From Chiloscyllium plagiosum (taxonomy: Eukaryota): a stretch of DNA of 44,933 bases. The notes beneath the pieces are model-generated. The model did no database searches and was not told the origin of the DNA. It was given only the letters and a program-made list of their open reading frames with translations. The translations under genes and the position numbers were made by a program. This document shows positions 1 through 11,600 of the stretch, piece after piece (position 1 is the first letter of the stretch; every line of letters begins with the position of its first letter). The DNA lies in assembly GCF_004010195.1 (NCBI RefSeq), contig NC_057719.1:25382809-25427741 (forward strand), read 5' to 3'.

Positions 1-531
1 ACTTCATTTCCTTTTTCTCAGGGGGTGATAGATGTGGTCTAACTTGATGTGTATGTTGATGGAATTCCGATTGGAATGCCATTCCTCTAGAAGTTCTCAT
101 GCATGTCTCTGTTTGGCTTGTCCTAGGATGGATGTTTTGTCCCATTTCAAGTGGTGTCCTTCCTTATCTGTATGTAAGGATACTAGTGAGACACCACTTT
201 GACTAGGACAACACATCCATCCTAGGACAAGCCAGAGACACGTATGAGAATTCCTAGAAGCATGACATTCCAACCAGAACTCTATCAACAAACACATTGA
301 GGTAGACCCCAACTACCACCCCTGAGAAAAAGAACAGGAAATGACATCACCATATGAAATGATGTCACACATGAAATGACATCACCAATCCAAAGAAAAC
401 CAAATATATAAACAGAAAGCAGGAATTATTAACAGTGCTTCGCCCGGAGGCCCACTGAAGATGTCGCCTAGTAGGGTGACGAAATATCTGGAAATGAACC
501 TTCCAGCTCAACAAGCAAACCTACATCCAGA
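1..531. mobile_element. Penelope-like element (Poseidon-like, family A): inverted pair of 3' fragments, left end outside the window
   Basis: 1-158 is an imperfect reverse complement of ~190-346. Both encode a GIY-YIG C-terminus (HH.DWDNTSILGQAKQRHAREFLEA.HS...INKHI). The plus copy runs on into a pLTR carrying a hammerhead core and ends ...ttccagctcaacaagcaaacctacatccaga. Confidence 0.85.
452..491 (+). ncRNA. Minimal hammerhead ribozyme motif (family A), decayed
   Basis: cca-CTGAAGA-t-gtcgcc(tagtag)ggtgac-GAAAtatc-tgg. The cca/tgg pair forms stem I. GAAACGTC has apparently decayed by CpG transitions to GAAATATC. Confidence 0.75.
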
Positions 532-852
532 TTAGTCCCTTTGAATTTCTTCAAGACTGTGTGGTATATTAAGCCCATTTCTTTCACTAACCATGTATAG
601 TCCACAGTCCTGCATTCTCCAGAATGTTAATCTAACATTGTGACCCTACTAGGTTGATTTTCGCAGGTAATATTCTCACAGCCTCTGTTGGATGGGACCA
701 TAGTCTTTCAAAGGATAACTCAGTGTCTGACTTAACCTTCTAGTCTTCAACTGTCTTCTGAATCAGTCATTTGGGCAACAAAGTAGCACTGTCAACTGTT
801 ATAGAAGCTTAATTTGTTCATTATAATGATAAATGCTGAACATGTAATTATC

Positions 853-935
853 TTGTGGTGCAGTGGTAGTGTCTGTCCCTTAAGGACAGAAGATCTGGGT
901 TGCAGTCACATCTTTTCCAGAGGTGCCTGAACAGG
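853..935 (+). mobile_element. Old tRNA-derived SINE head fragment
   Basis: A-box-like tggtgcagtgg and degenerate B-box-like gggttgcagtc at tRNA-like spacing. Confidence 0.45.
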
Positions 936-2796
936 TTATTTTGTTTTAATTATCGCCATTAGTTGGAGCTACAATGAAATAATTAGTAGTAATGTAATAA
1001 ATAAACAAATAGCTAAAATAAAAGATAATAATGCTTGATTCAGTGAAGGATAGTTGGAACTAGGCAGCTCTTACAAATAATTATTAATAATTTAATAGTA
1101 ATGGTATAGAAAGTATAACTGACCCATCAGTCTATTGGGGAGAATGGAAAAAAATAGCCAGTACTGCCCCTGATTAAACCATGCAAACAGCTAAAAATGG
1201 TGGCAGCATAACCCACAATTTTAATCTATTCTAGTGAAACCACTTTAAAAGATTACAGAGCCATTCTATTTGTGGTGTCAATCATGGATTAAGAAACACT
1301 ATCATTCATTTCTTTAATAATTCAAAACTAGGTTCAGATTAGAATTTACTGATGTGTAAACTCAAAGCCAAGTTTGATTCTAAAATCATGAAATCATGAA
1401 ATGGGGGAAAATCAACCGCTGTATAATTTACAAACCCCTTTACAGAACAGCGAATTTTCTTTGGGAGGGGAGTTCTTTTAAAACCAAATCAATTTAGCTC
1501 TACTTTTAGTGAGGGTTATGTACAATCTATTGCTATTTGAAAAGTATCTAACTCAACAGGGACATAATTAAGTTGATGGCTAGTTTTTGGAGTTATTTCA
1601 CATGTGGTACTTTTTGCACAGTACACACAATGGATATAATGTCAACACATTGTAACAGGGCACAGTGTTGCACCCATTTATGACAACACTTAGTATTGCT
1701 TGTTGCTGGCGAATACTCTTGAGATTAAGGATACAATTGAGGTACTCCCTTGTGAGAGCCCAGGGCATTGACTACCTGCATTAACTGACTACAGCTGTTC
1801 CCTTGTGAAACAAATAACTTTCTTGCATGGTCAGGTGATCCATCACACACAAAAAAATGGCTTCAATAATAAACAAAAGCCTATATTATGAAAAACTGCA
1901 CGCACATAGAAATAAGGAATGATTAATATCAACAGCAAACAGGAAATGAAGGCAGATCAGCAAAGAGTTGCTGTTCCTACAAATATTTTCTCCTCATTCT
2001 TTACTGTCATTGTTCAAAAAAGATGTGCATGTAATTCTGATGATGCTTGCAATGCAAAAGGTACCATTTGCACTGTTGTCCTTGAGATATTTTACATCAG
2101 TCCAAATATCAATAAAAGCAATTATAATAATGTTGAGTTTCACTTTCCATTTTATGAAACAGTTTTGCATTTCTTGGTAACTGAAATACTTCTGCAGATT
2201 TAGTTTGATGTTGTTGCTAGGGCTTCTCAGATTTTCAGGCACACTGCAGCGAGGGAAGTAGTTGAGATTAAATTTGAGTGTTTTTAATTCATTATTTCTG
2301 TTTCTCAGGAGGTTTAAACATTCTGGCACCAGTGTCCCCTGGGAAGAGTACTGGATCCAGAAGCCAGAAGCAGCTCAGTATTACAGCTCTCCACTGTCAC
2401 TCGCAGCTCTTTGTGGCTTAATACCACACTCATACTTCGCACTGAATGAGAAAGATAAATGCTGCTACTCAAACCACATGAGTGGAGAAAATATGTCGCA
2501 ATGAAGCTTTACACCCAATAGTGCTAAAGATTTGTAAGTGCTCTGAGGAGCAAAACAAAGATGAGAAATAGAGATGTGTTGAAACTGAATGGTTATAAGC
2601 ACCATAAATTTTCTGAATATAATGTAAGTACGAATTTAGATATCGGCTGACTGTTGAATGACCCCTCAGGTTAAATCTGTTTCCTGATTAGCTATAGTCT
2701 TTTTCTTTAAAAATGCTGTTGGACCACAAGCTATTGGCATTGAATAACATTGGTAAGTTGATGCACAACACAGGATTTATAATCTACCTCTTGGGA

Positions 2797-3072
2797 GTGA
2801 CTGTGTGGAGTTTACACATCCTCCTTGTGTCTGTGTGGGTTTCCTCCGGTACTCTGGTTTCCTCCCACAATCCAAAGATATGAAGGTCAGGTGCATTAGC
2901 CATGCTAAATTGCCCATAGTGTTCAGGGATTTGCAGGTTAGGTGCTTTAGTCAGGGGTAAATATAGGATAATAAGGTAGGGGAATGGGTCTGGGTGGGCT
3001 ACTCTTCAGAGAGTTGGTGTGGACTTGTTGGGTCAAAATACCTGTTTCCATACTGTAGGGATTCTATGATTC
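2797..3072 (+). mobile_element. HE1-type V-SINE, 5'-truncated
   Basis: V-domain tgtgtggagttt...gggtttcctccggtactctggtttcctcccaca, then a CR1/HER1-like tail ...cctgtttccatactgtagggattctatgattc. Confidence 0.85.
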
Positions 3073-3384
3073 ATGAGTTTCCTCCTTCCACTTCATGTAA
3101 CAACATCAATATACTCCAATTCATTTTTCTCTCACGTATTTATCTAACTTCACATTAAATGCATCTATGCGATCAGGGATAATGGAAAACAGGTAAATTC
3201 AGAAACCCAGGTCAATGCTCTAGGGGAAAAGGGCACTATGCTGGTGGGCTTTAAATTCATTTGCTATACCTGGATCTGTAAATCTGGCTCAGTAATGGTA
3301 ACCATGGTAACTGCAAACTATCATTGTTGTAGAAACCTAGCTGGTTCATGAATGCTGACATGAGGCTGCAACTCCAGTGGTTGA

Positions 3385-3605
3385 TTCTGGATCAATGGTG
3401 CTGGAAGAGCACAACAATTCAGGCAGCATCGAGGAGCTTCAGCAAAATCGATGTTTCGGGCAAAAGCCCTTCATCAGGATGAAGGGCTTTTGCCCGAAAC
3501 GTCGATTTTGCTGAAGCTCCTCGATGCTGCCTGAATTGCTGTGCTCTTCCAGCACCATTGATCCAGAATCTGGTTTCCAGCATCTGCAGTCATTGTTTTT
3601 ACCCT
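3385..3605. mobile_element. Short fold-back PLE-terminus element (family C) with 14-bp TSD
   Basis: 91-bp inverted arms 3385-3475 / 3478-3568 (2 mismatches, 2-nt spacer) and a 37-nt tail 3569-3605. TSD actccagtggttga at 3371-3384 and 3606-3619. Confidence 0.9.
3450..3477 (-). ncRNA. Minimal hammerhead core (family C)
   Basis: Minus strand reads CTGATGA-a-gggc(tttt)gccc-GAAAC-ATC. The mirror arm has GAAACGTC but lacks the CT of CTGATGA. Confidence 0.75.
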
Positions 3606-4744
3606 ACTCCAGTGGTTGAGTCTTACCTGTCCTCTGAAATGGCCTAGCAATTAAACTCACACAATTCAAGGGAAGTTAGGGACACACAGTAAAAATTGAC
3701 ATTTCCATTGATGCACTTATTCCATTAAAGAGATGAGAAAACTGCATGGCATTAAAGTCAGAGAGTCATACAGCACATAACAGCCCCTACGGCCCAACTC
3801 GTCCATGTCAACCAGATTTCCTAAAGTGAACTAGTCCCATCGGGCACATATGTCTTTAAACTTTTTCTACCCATGTGCCAGTCCAAATGTCTTTTAACTG
3901 TAATTTTATCCACTTCTACCACTTCCTCTGGCAGCTTGTTCTGCATATGCATCATCCTGTGTGTGTAAAAGTTGCCCCTCAGCTCCCTTTTAAATCTTTC
4001 CCCTCTCACCATAAACCTATGCCCACTAGTTTTGGAGTCCCCTACCCTGGGGAAAAGACCTTGACAAATAACTTTATCTATGCCCTTCATGATTTTAGTA
4101 ACACTTATAAGGTCACCCCTAAGCTTCCCCTGCTCCATGGAAAAAAAGTCCCAGTCAATCCAGTTTCTCCTTATGACTCAAACCTTCCAGTCTCTGTAAC
4201 ATCCTTCTAAATCATTTTTGAAGCCTTTCCAGTTTAAAAATATCCTTCCTATAACAGGGTGACCAGAATTGTATGCAATTCTCCAAATGTGGCCTTATCA
4301 AAGTCTTGTACAGTTGTAACATGACATCCCAACTCCTGTACCCAATGCTCTGGCCAATGAAGGTAAGCATGCCAAATGCCTTCTTAGCTATCCTGTCTAC
4401 CAATGGCGCCACTTTCAAGGAACTTTGCATCCGCACCCTAGGTCTCTCATTGAGTATAGTTCGACTACACTCCTCAGGGCCTTACCATTAACTGTGTAAA
4501 TCCTGCCCTGCTTTGTCTTTTCAAAATGCAACACCTCACATTTATCTGAATTAAACTCCATTTGCCATTCCCTAGCCCTTGGTTCAGTTGATCATGATGC
4601 CATTGTATTTTTAGATAACCATCTACATTGTCCACTATACCACCAATTTTGGTCATGATTTGGAGATGCCGGTGTTGGAGTGGGGTGCACAAAGTTAAAA
4701 ATCGCACAACATCAGGCTATGTCCAACAGGTTTAATTAGAAGCA

Positions 4745-4779
4745 CACTAGCTTTCGGAGTGTCACTCCTTCATCAGGTG
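4745..4779 (-). ncRNA. Minimal hammerhead ribozyme motif (family B), core intact
   Basis: Minus strand reads cac-CTGATGA-a-ggagt(gac)actcc-GAAAGCTA-gtg. The mirror copy at 4820-4854 has a mutated core (CTGATTA). Confidence 0.8.
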
Positions 4780-4904
4780 GTAGTGGAGGGTAGTGTGTTA
4801 GGATTGAGCCCTCCACTACCACCTGATTAAGGAGCGACGCTCTGAAAGCTAGTGTGCTTCCAATTAAACCTGTTGGACTATAGCCTGGTGTTGTGTGATT
4901 TTTA

Positions 4905-5013
4905 GAAGAAAATGAGGACTGCAGATGCTGGAGATCAGAGCTGAAAAAGCGCAGCAGGTGAGGCAGCATCCAAGGAGCAGGAGAATCGACATTTCGGGCA
5001 TGAGTCCTTCTTC
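4905..5013 (-). mobile_element. Short family C element nested in the family B element, 14-bp TSD
   Basis: TSD ttgtgtgattttta at 4891-4904 and 5014-5027. Minus strand starts gaagaaggactcatgcccgaaatgtcg (clipped core) and ends in the family C tail. Confidence 0.88.
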
Positions 5014-5500
5014 TTGTGTGATTTTTAACCAATTTTGGTGTCATTTGTAAACTTACTAACTGTGCCTTTTATCTTCTCATCCAAATCCAAATACTAAATT
5101 CCAATATTCTAACCATTCTACTTTTGATTGCATTTATTTGTGACTATCTTGTGTTTATGGCCTTAGGTTCAGTTCTTTCTTGAAAGTGGAAACATCTGCT
5201 TTATGTCACCCAATAAAACGCTATTGTAATCTTACAATTCTCTCTCAGGTCATCCATTAGTCTCTTCCTTTTTAGAGAAAAGAGTCTTAGATCCATAATC
5301 CTTATTAATAGAAGTGATCTCTCAATTCTGGTATCCCTCTTGCAAATGTTTTAGACTTGTATCATTGTTCCTAGACCCTATGTATGATGAAACTGTGCCT
5401 AGTATTTTAAATGTGGTCTAATAAAGGTTTGATATAAGGTTTTTCAACTGTTAACTTCCAGAAATGAATTTTGCACTCTGGCCTTGCTAACCTGTCCCAC

Positions 5501-5612
5501 GAGATTAGGTTAATTACAGTGTGGAAACAGGCCCTTTGGCCCAACAAGTCCACACCGACCTGCCGAAGCGCAACCCACCCAGACCCACTCCCCTACATTT
5601 ACTCCTTCATCT
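5501..5612 (-). mobile_element. HE1-type SINE 3' fragment
   Basis: Reverse complement of the 2960-3070 tail (gtggaaacaggccctttggcccaacaagtccacacc). Confidence 0.8.
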
Positions 5613-8600
5613 CAGTAATTAGACTAGTTTTATTGATTTGTACATTGCACCTCTATTTTCCATTTCTCCTCAATCCTACTTAAACTCTTATTTTTCAAGT
5701 GATGTCTCATTTTCTTACCAGAAGCCATCTTCTCATACTTGTCAGCATGGAGTGGGTTAGTGCAGGCAGACTTCATTTGTCTGATGGTGTGTGGGCTGGC
5801 TGCTCAGTGGGGAGTTTCTATTAGTTTCACCCCCCCCTGCTCTTTCAATAAAGCCCTGAAAACTCTCCATCCAATGTATCCATCCAGTTTTTCACCATCG
5901 GATGTGAACCCATCATCCTCAAGATAGTGTTCTCCAAATCATAGCAATCTAAATGAATACAAAATAGGAAATACATTCAGCTTTTCTCAGTTCATGGACC
6001 TAACATCTTGTGACTTGGAGTCAGAAGGCTTTGAATTGAAGTCTCACATCAGGACTGAAGCTTATAGCTTTGACTGCTAGACTTCAAACACATGTCTGTG
6101 AGATCTTTACTCCTATTATTTTCATCCGTGGGGTTTAGACTCTTGAAAGTTCTGTCTGGGTTGTTTCACTGTCCTGGCATTTTTTTTCCTACATATTAAA
6201 ACAAAATCATTTTCTATAATGACAGCACCATCTCCCATTGGATCTTTGACATGTTCTATCTTGGGTTGCAATGAATGACCTAGAATAGTGTCAACATTTC
6301 CAGTAATGTTCGAAAAAAGTTTGGAACAGGTTCTACGTTCAAATAATGTTTGAAACTTCTTCCTATACAGAGACAAAAAGACCTGGAGAATAGTTATGGA
6401 TGTGGGAGGAAATGTAGATCAATCTATTAAACCTTCCACAGAAATCTAAAATCTCAAGCCTCATGAATGATTTTAAAACATCGTTTCAGTAAGAAATACT
6501 CCATGATTTCAGTCCAGAATTTGTTTTTTTTAAAGATCATATTATGCTGCTGCTCTCTCATTAGGGACAAAGCTGATGGTGGTTAGTGTGTGGCTGCCAG
6601 AGTGTTGCGGTGGTACACCCTACCTGAATCTTGGCACTATGATAGTATTCTGGTCAGTAATGTGTGCTGCTGTTAGTGTAAAGGCCATATCATGTTCTTC
6701 CTCCTCCTCCTCCTACTCTGAAGAGGCACCACACTCTGCTTGGTGCTTTTTCAGAAGATTCACTCTTCGCTATGTCTTGCAGATTTCTTCTGCAGATGCC
6801 TTGAAAAAGCCTGAGACAAAGAAGTTTTACAGTTGTGGTTTCTTTGTCATTCTCTGTTAAATTGTAGCTACCAGCCCATTTGGCAGTACATCATCTACCA
6901 GCAAGTTACAAGTGTCTGCCATGACGTAATTGAAAGCCTGACCCTCTTGAGGTACTGTTGTTCATAAATAGCTAGGAAGCAGACCTTCTATCTGCACACC
7001 CTAGATTCTGAATGTTATCTCTTCCAAGCTGTACCTTTCTGTTCAGCTACTCTGTCTGTGAGGACCAGAAGGAAGAACCGTAAGATTTGGAATGACTGTA
7101 CTAGTTTGAACCCCAATTGTATACCTTAATATGGAACTCCAGGATGGGACCAGTACCATCATCTCCAAGTCTTTTTTGGCTTGGATTTTCAGGATTTTCC
7201 TAAATTACTTTCTTCTTATTTTCTTCAACACAGCAACATCTATTATATGTGAAGTAATGAGTAAACCCGCAGCATCATTAATGTGTGGAAATGTCCTACA
7301 TAAAATTATCCAAAACCTCACCATGCTTTCGCTGTGAGTTCTAAAATATCTGGGAAATCAGTACGCACACAGATAGGTTGAAAACACTTGTTTTAAAAAA
7401 AGCTCCTAACAGCAATCAATAGAGCAGAATGAACAATTGATCTCTCTCCCACAGGGGTTTCTTACACACCATCTAACTTGCTGCAGTTAAATGTGTAAAT
7501 TAGTGGGTTGGAGCTGGCTTCTCAATGCAGGGACAACTACAATCCTCTTGAAGCCTTCATACCAACTGCTCCCAAACCCACTGGCTCTCAAAAGTTAAAA
7601 TTGCTCCAAGCAGGTGGAGAAGGAAAGAGCAGCAGATAGGGTTCTGAATCAGGAGGGGATGTCGGACAAAGATAGAGAATGTTTGAAGTCTCATTGCAGC
7701 CCCATTTAAAATACTTTACTGGAGGAAACGTCTTGCTCATTTTAAAGAAGCCCTTTTCTCTTCAAAACAAAATTAAGAGCAAACTTAATTTCTAATGTCA
7801 ACCTTTTTAAACATCAGCTGAGCCCCCAACTGCTATTTACCAACATGATCAATGCATCATGTGTACCATTTCTGTATGGGTCAATTTTAACAATCCTTCT
7901 ATTCCACCTATACATGTTCTGTAGTCATACATTTATTGCTGGATGCCAGTTTTCAGATCAGATTCTGACCCACAATGCTAATGCTATAGTGTAAGGTCCA
8001 TCTCATTTATCACTGTTAAATCAGTTTTGTAAGACTTTCTTTTAAGAACAAATTAGGACATTAATATTGTGTGCCAATTGCCCATCATGTAAATTGTTTC
8101 TGAGATATTTACTTTGTTTTGTTTACCAAACCTCATATTGCAAATTGGCTTATTTTAAATGCTCGGTGGAACAGTTTTTGTATTCATCCGACGTTTAATT
8201 AGCTATTTAGTTGCCATGAATTTGTGATTCTAATCAGGCGTCCTGTTTCTACATTGATAAGTATGAAAAATACAAAGGAAATGGAAAAATTTCCATATGC
8301 TCGAGAACTCACGTTCTTTCCTTCTGCGTCACCCCTGCAAATCAAACACCAGACCTTTATTAACAGGATGTTCACCTGGGAAACAGTTTATTAAACCTGA
8401 TTTGCTGTTTACTTTATTAACTTACATTTAATGAATTTGCAGAGTATTGGTGACCTTATCCAATCTGACATTCAATATGCAATAGAGCACTTATAGTTTG
8501 AAAGGGCTTAATATTATATCAATAAGGTACCAACTATCCAGATCCTTTGCTTTCTGATTAGGATATACATCTGGTAATTGTTGCAACAAATTACTCATTT

Positions 8601-8697
8601 CCATGCTAAACCTGAAACAGGCATTGAGACAACAATTAGATGTCTTCATCTCTGCACAGTTACACAAGTAATACAATCACAGCCACTTGTATTTATA

Positions 8698-9029
8698 TAG
8701 AGTCATAGAAATCTATAGCATGGAAACAGACCCTTCGACCAACTTGCCCATGCTGTTTAGTTTTTACAATTAAACTAGTCTGCATTTGGTCCATAACCCA
8801 CTATAGCTGTCCTGTCCATGTACCTGTCCAAACGTTTCTTAATTGATGAAATTGTACTTGCTTCCACCAGTACCTCTGGCAGCCTGTCCCAGATACTTAC
8901 CATTCTCTGTGTGAAAGAATTTCCCCTCTGTACCCTTTGGTATCTCTCCCATCTCACCTTAAACCTATGCCCTAAGGTTTTAGATTGATATACCATGGGG
9001 AAAAGCAGTTGGCTAGCTACCTTGTCTAT
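8698..9029 (-). mobile_element. CR1/HER1-like LINE 3' end
   Basis: ORF 8775-9041 (GHRFKVR..RGNSFTQRMVSIWDRLPE..GYGPNA) and the typical tail ..gtctgtttccatgctatagatttctatgactcta. Confidence 0.88.
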
Positions 9030-9113
9030 GTTAAAAATCATCCAACACCAGGTTATAGTCCAACAGCTTTATTTGGAAGCACTAGCTTTCGAAGTGCTGC
9101 TCCTTCATCAAGT
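9030..9113 (-). mobile_element. Family B PLE terminus fragment with degenerate hammerhead
   Basis: gttaaaaatc..caggttatagtccaacag..cactagctttcgaagtgctgctccttcatcaagtg matches the reverse complement of 29001-29087. Confidence 0.85.
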
Positions 9114-9605
9114 GGAAAGATGTTGCGAAACTTGAAAGGGTTCAGAAAAGATTTGCAAGGATGTTGCCAGGGTTGGAGGATTTGAGCTACAGGGAGAGGT
9201 TAAATAGGCTAGGGCTGTTTTCGCTGGAGTGTCGGAGACTGAGGGGTGACCTTATAGAGATTTATAATATCATGAGGGGCATGGATAGAATAAATAGACA
9301 AAGTATTTTCCCTGGGGTGGAGGAGTCCAGAACTAGAGAGCATAAGTTTAGGGTGAGAAGGGAAAGATATAAAAGAGACCTAAGGGGCAACTTTTTCACC
9401 CAGAGGGTGGTACATGTATGGAATGAGCTCCAAGAGGAAGTGGTGGTGGCTAGTATAATTGCAACATTTAAAAGGCATCTGGATGGGTATATGAATAGGA
9501 AGGTTCTGGAGGGATATGGGCCAGGTGCTGGCAGGTGGGACTAGATTGGATTGCGATATCTGGTCGGCATGGACAGGTTGGACCGAAGGGTCTGTTTCCG
9601 TGTTG
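9114..9605 (+). mobile_element. CR1/HER1-like LINE 3' end, relatively young
   Basis: ORF 9161-9544 (MLPGLEDLSYRERLNRLGLFSLECRRLRGDLIE..LRGNFFTQRVV) plus tail. Confidence 0.92.
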
Positions 9606-9884
9606 TGCAGATGCTGCCATACCTGCTGTTTCCATTTTTGTTTCTGATGTACAGTATCTGCAGTTCTTTCAATTTTTATATTCATTGAAGAAGTCTGATG
9701 ATATTATGATCTGCATAACTGAACCCTTATCTCTTTATATCCAGGGACAGAAGCAGTCTTTATCTCAAACTTATTTTTCTTATTTAATTGTTCCATACAA
9801 CTTAGCAGTGTGGGAAAAATGACCAAAATAAAACTTGATCTTCATTTTTAAAACAATCAAATTGTTCATGCCATACAGTCATTG

Positions 9885-10225
9885 CGTTTTACAGCTTGGA
9901 AAGAGGTCATTTGGTCCATTGTGTCCACGCAAGTCAAGAAGTACCTATTTGCTCTGGTCCCATTTTCCAGCATTTAGCCTGTAGCCTTGTGTGTTATGAC
10001 GACTCAAGTGATCATCCAAGTACTTACACATTGTAACGATTCCAGTCTCTACCATACTTTCATATAATCACCACCCTCAGGATGAAATAATTCTTCTCTA
10101 AATCCTTTCTAAACTCCCATTACTATGCCCCTTGGTTATTGAATCCACTACTAACTGTAAACAGTTTATTCTATCTACCCTATCTCTGCCCCTCATAATT
10201 TTGAGCTCATCAATCCAACCCCCAT
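9885..10225 (-). mobile_element. Old CR1-like LINE 3' end
   Basis: ORF 10098-10283 fragment KIMRGRDRVDR..SITKGH and a decayed tail. Confidence 0.7.
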
Positions 10226-10444
10226 TTTGTGATTCTACGTAGATTATAGTATGTTTGAAGCATACTTTGGAAAATTTTGACACTGCATCATAAAATTAGG
10301 TCCTCGTGAACTATGTCAAAAATTTAATTTGGGCCCAAGAGCATGGACCATAAAGATAATGCTTTGAAAAAACCTTCATAGACCTGAAAGGCTAAATGGC
10401 AACCTTTGTTCAATCATCTGTGATCAGATCTAAGTTCCGCAGTC

Positions 10445-11600
10445 CTGCCTCATCCAGTCATGAATAGAGGAGATTCCACAAATATCCTTGGTTTCAATGA
10501 TGGAAGAGGCCAACAGGTAAGTGTGAAAGATAAGGCTGAAGCATTCGCAACAATGTCTAGCCAAAAGTGCTGAGTGGATGATCCCTCTCAGCCTCCTCTA
10601 ATGGTCAGCAGCATCATAGTTTTACCAATCTTCAGCCAATTTGATTCACTCCATGTGGTTGGAAGCACTGAATACTGAAAGGGTTATGGTACTGACCACA
10701 TTCTAGAAATAATACTGAAGACTTGTGCTCCAGAACTTTCTGCTGTCCTAGCTAAGCTGTTCCAGTACAGTTACAATACTGGTATTTAACCAATAATGTG
10801 GAAATTGCCCAAGTATGTCCTGTGTACAAAATTCAGGACAAATCTAACCCAGTAATGACCATCTCCAATAAGAGACAATCTAATCACTGCTTTTTGACAT
10901 TCAGTAATGTTACCATCACTGAAGCCCTTGCTATTAAAATCACTGGGGTTACCATTGATCAGAAACTCAACTGGATTCATCACAGAGTGGCTACAACACA
11001 GGTCAGAGGCTAGGAATACTGCGGTGCGTAACTCACCTCCTGACTCCCCACATCCTGTCCACCATCTACAAGGCTCAAGTCAGTAGTATGATGGAATACA
11101 TCTGACTTGTCTGGATGAGTGCAGCTGCAACAACATTCAAGAAGGATGGCATCATCCAGGATAAAGTAGTCTGCTTGATTGGCACTGCATCCATAAGCAT
11201 CCACCCCCTCCACCACTGATGCTCAGTCACAGCAGTACATACTATCTACAACATGCACTGCAGAAATTCACCAAAGATCCTCAGACAGCGCATTCCAAAT
11301 CCAAAACTACTTCCATCTAGAAGGACAAGGGCAACAGATATGTGGGAGCACCACCATCTGCAAGATCCCCTCCAAACCACTTTTTACCCTGACTGGGAAA
11401 TATATCACTGTTTGTTCACTGTTGCTGGGTCAAAGTCCTGGAATTTCCTCCTTAATGGCATTGTTCTTAAGCCCACAGCAGGTGGACTGCAGCGGTTCAA
11501 GAAGGCAGCTCACTACTACCTTCTCAAGGGCAACTAGGGGCAGGCAATAAAATGTTGGCCAGCCAGTGATGTCCATGTCCTGCGAAGGAATAAATAAACT
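10445..11600 (+). mobile_element. CR1/L2-group LINE (family 2), internally deleted, 3' end intact
   Basis: AQVCPVYKIQDKSNP is joined directly to MTISNKR. Also IYKAQV and MHCRNSPKILRQ. Tail cagcggttcaagaaggcagctc..ggcaataaaatg..gaataaataaa. Confidence 0.85.

Larger units (their letters stand above)
3195..3730 (+). mobile_element. Old SINE (LF-SINE-like body, tail shared with the CR1/L2-group LINE), interrupted by 3385-3605
   Basis: Similar to 19350-19635 (ggttca..aatg; gtggttga.tctta). Continues with ctctgaaatggcctagc and aagggaagttaggga. Confidence 0.5.
4654..5029. mobile_element. Short fold-back PLE-terminus element (family B, Neptune-like) with 10-12 bp TSD
   Basis: 40-nt tail 4654-4693 and inverted arms ~4694-4790 / ~4809-4904(+5028-5029). 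TSD (ac)caattttggt at 4642-4653 and 5028-5039. Sequence matches the 3' end of 27663-29087. Confidence 0.9.
3760..5090 (-). mobile_element. CR1/HER1-like LINE 3' part, disrupted, interrupted at 4654-5029
   Basis: ORFs 4212-4436 (LYKTLIRPHLENCIQFWSPCYRKDI) and 3821-4138 (LRGDLI..KIMKGID..LRGNF). TKIGGIVD at ~4650 resumes after the insert. CR1 tail at 3760-3840. Confidence 0.9.

Noticed and set aside
4745..4779. Apparent compensatory change in stem II (C-G to U-A) as evidence of selection
   Set aside because: Both changes are CpG transitions expected from methylation decay, so they are not independent evidence of structural selection.
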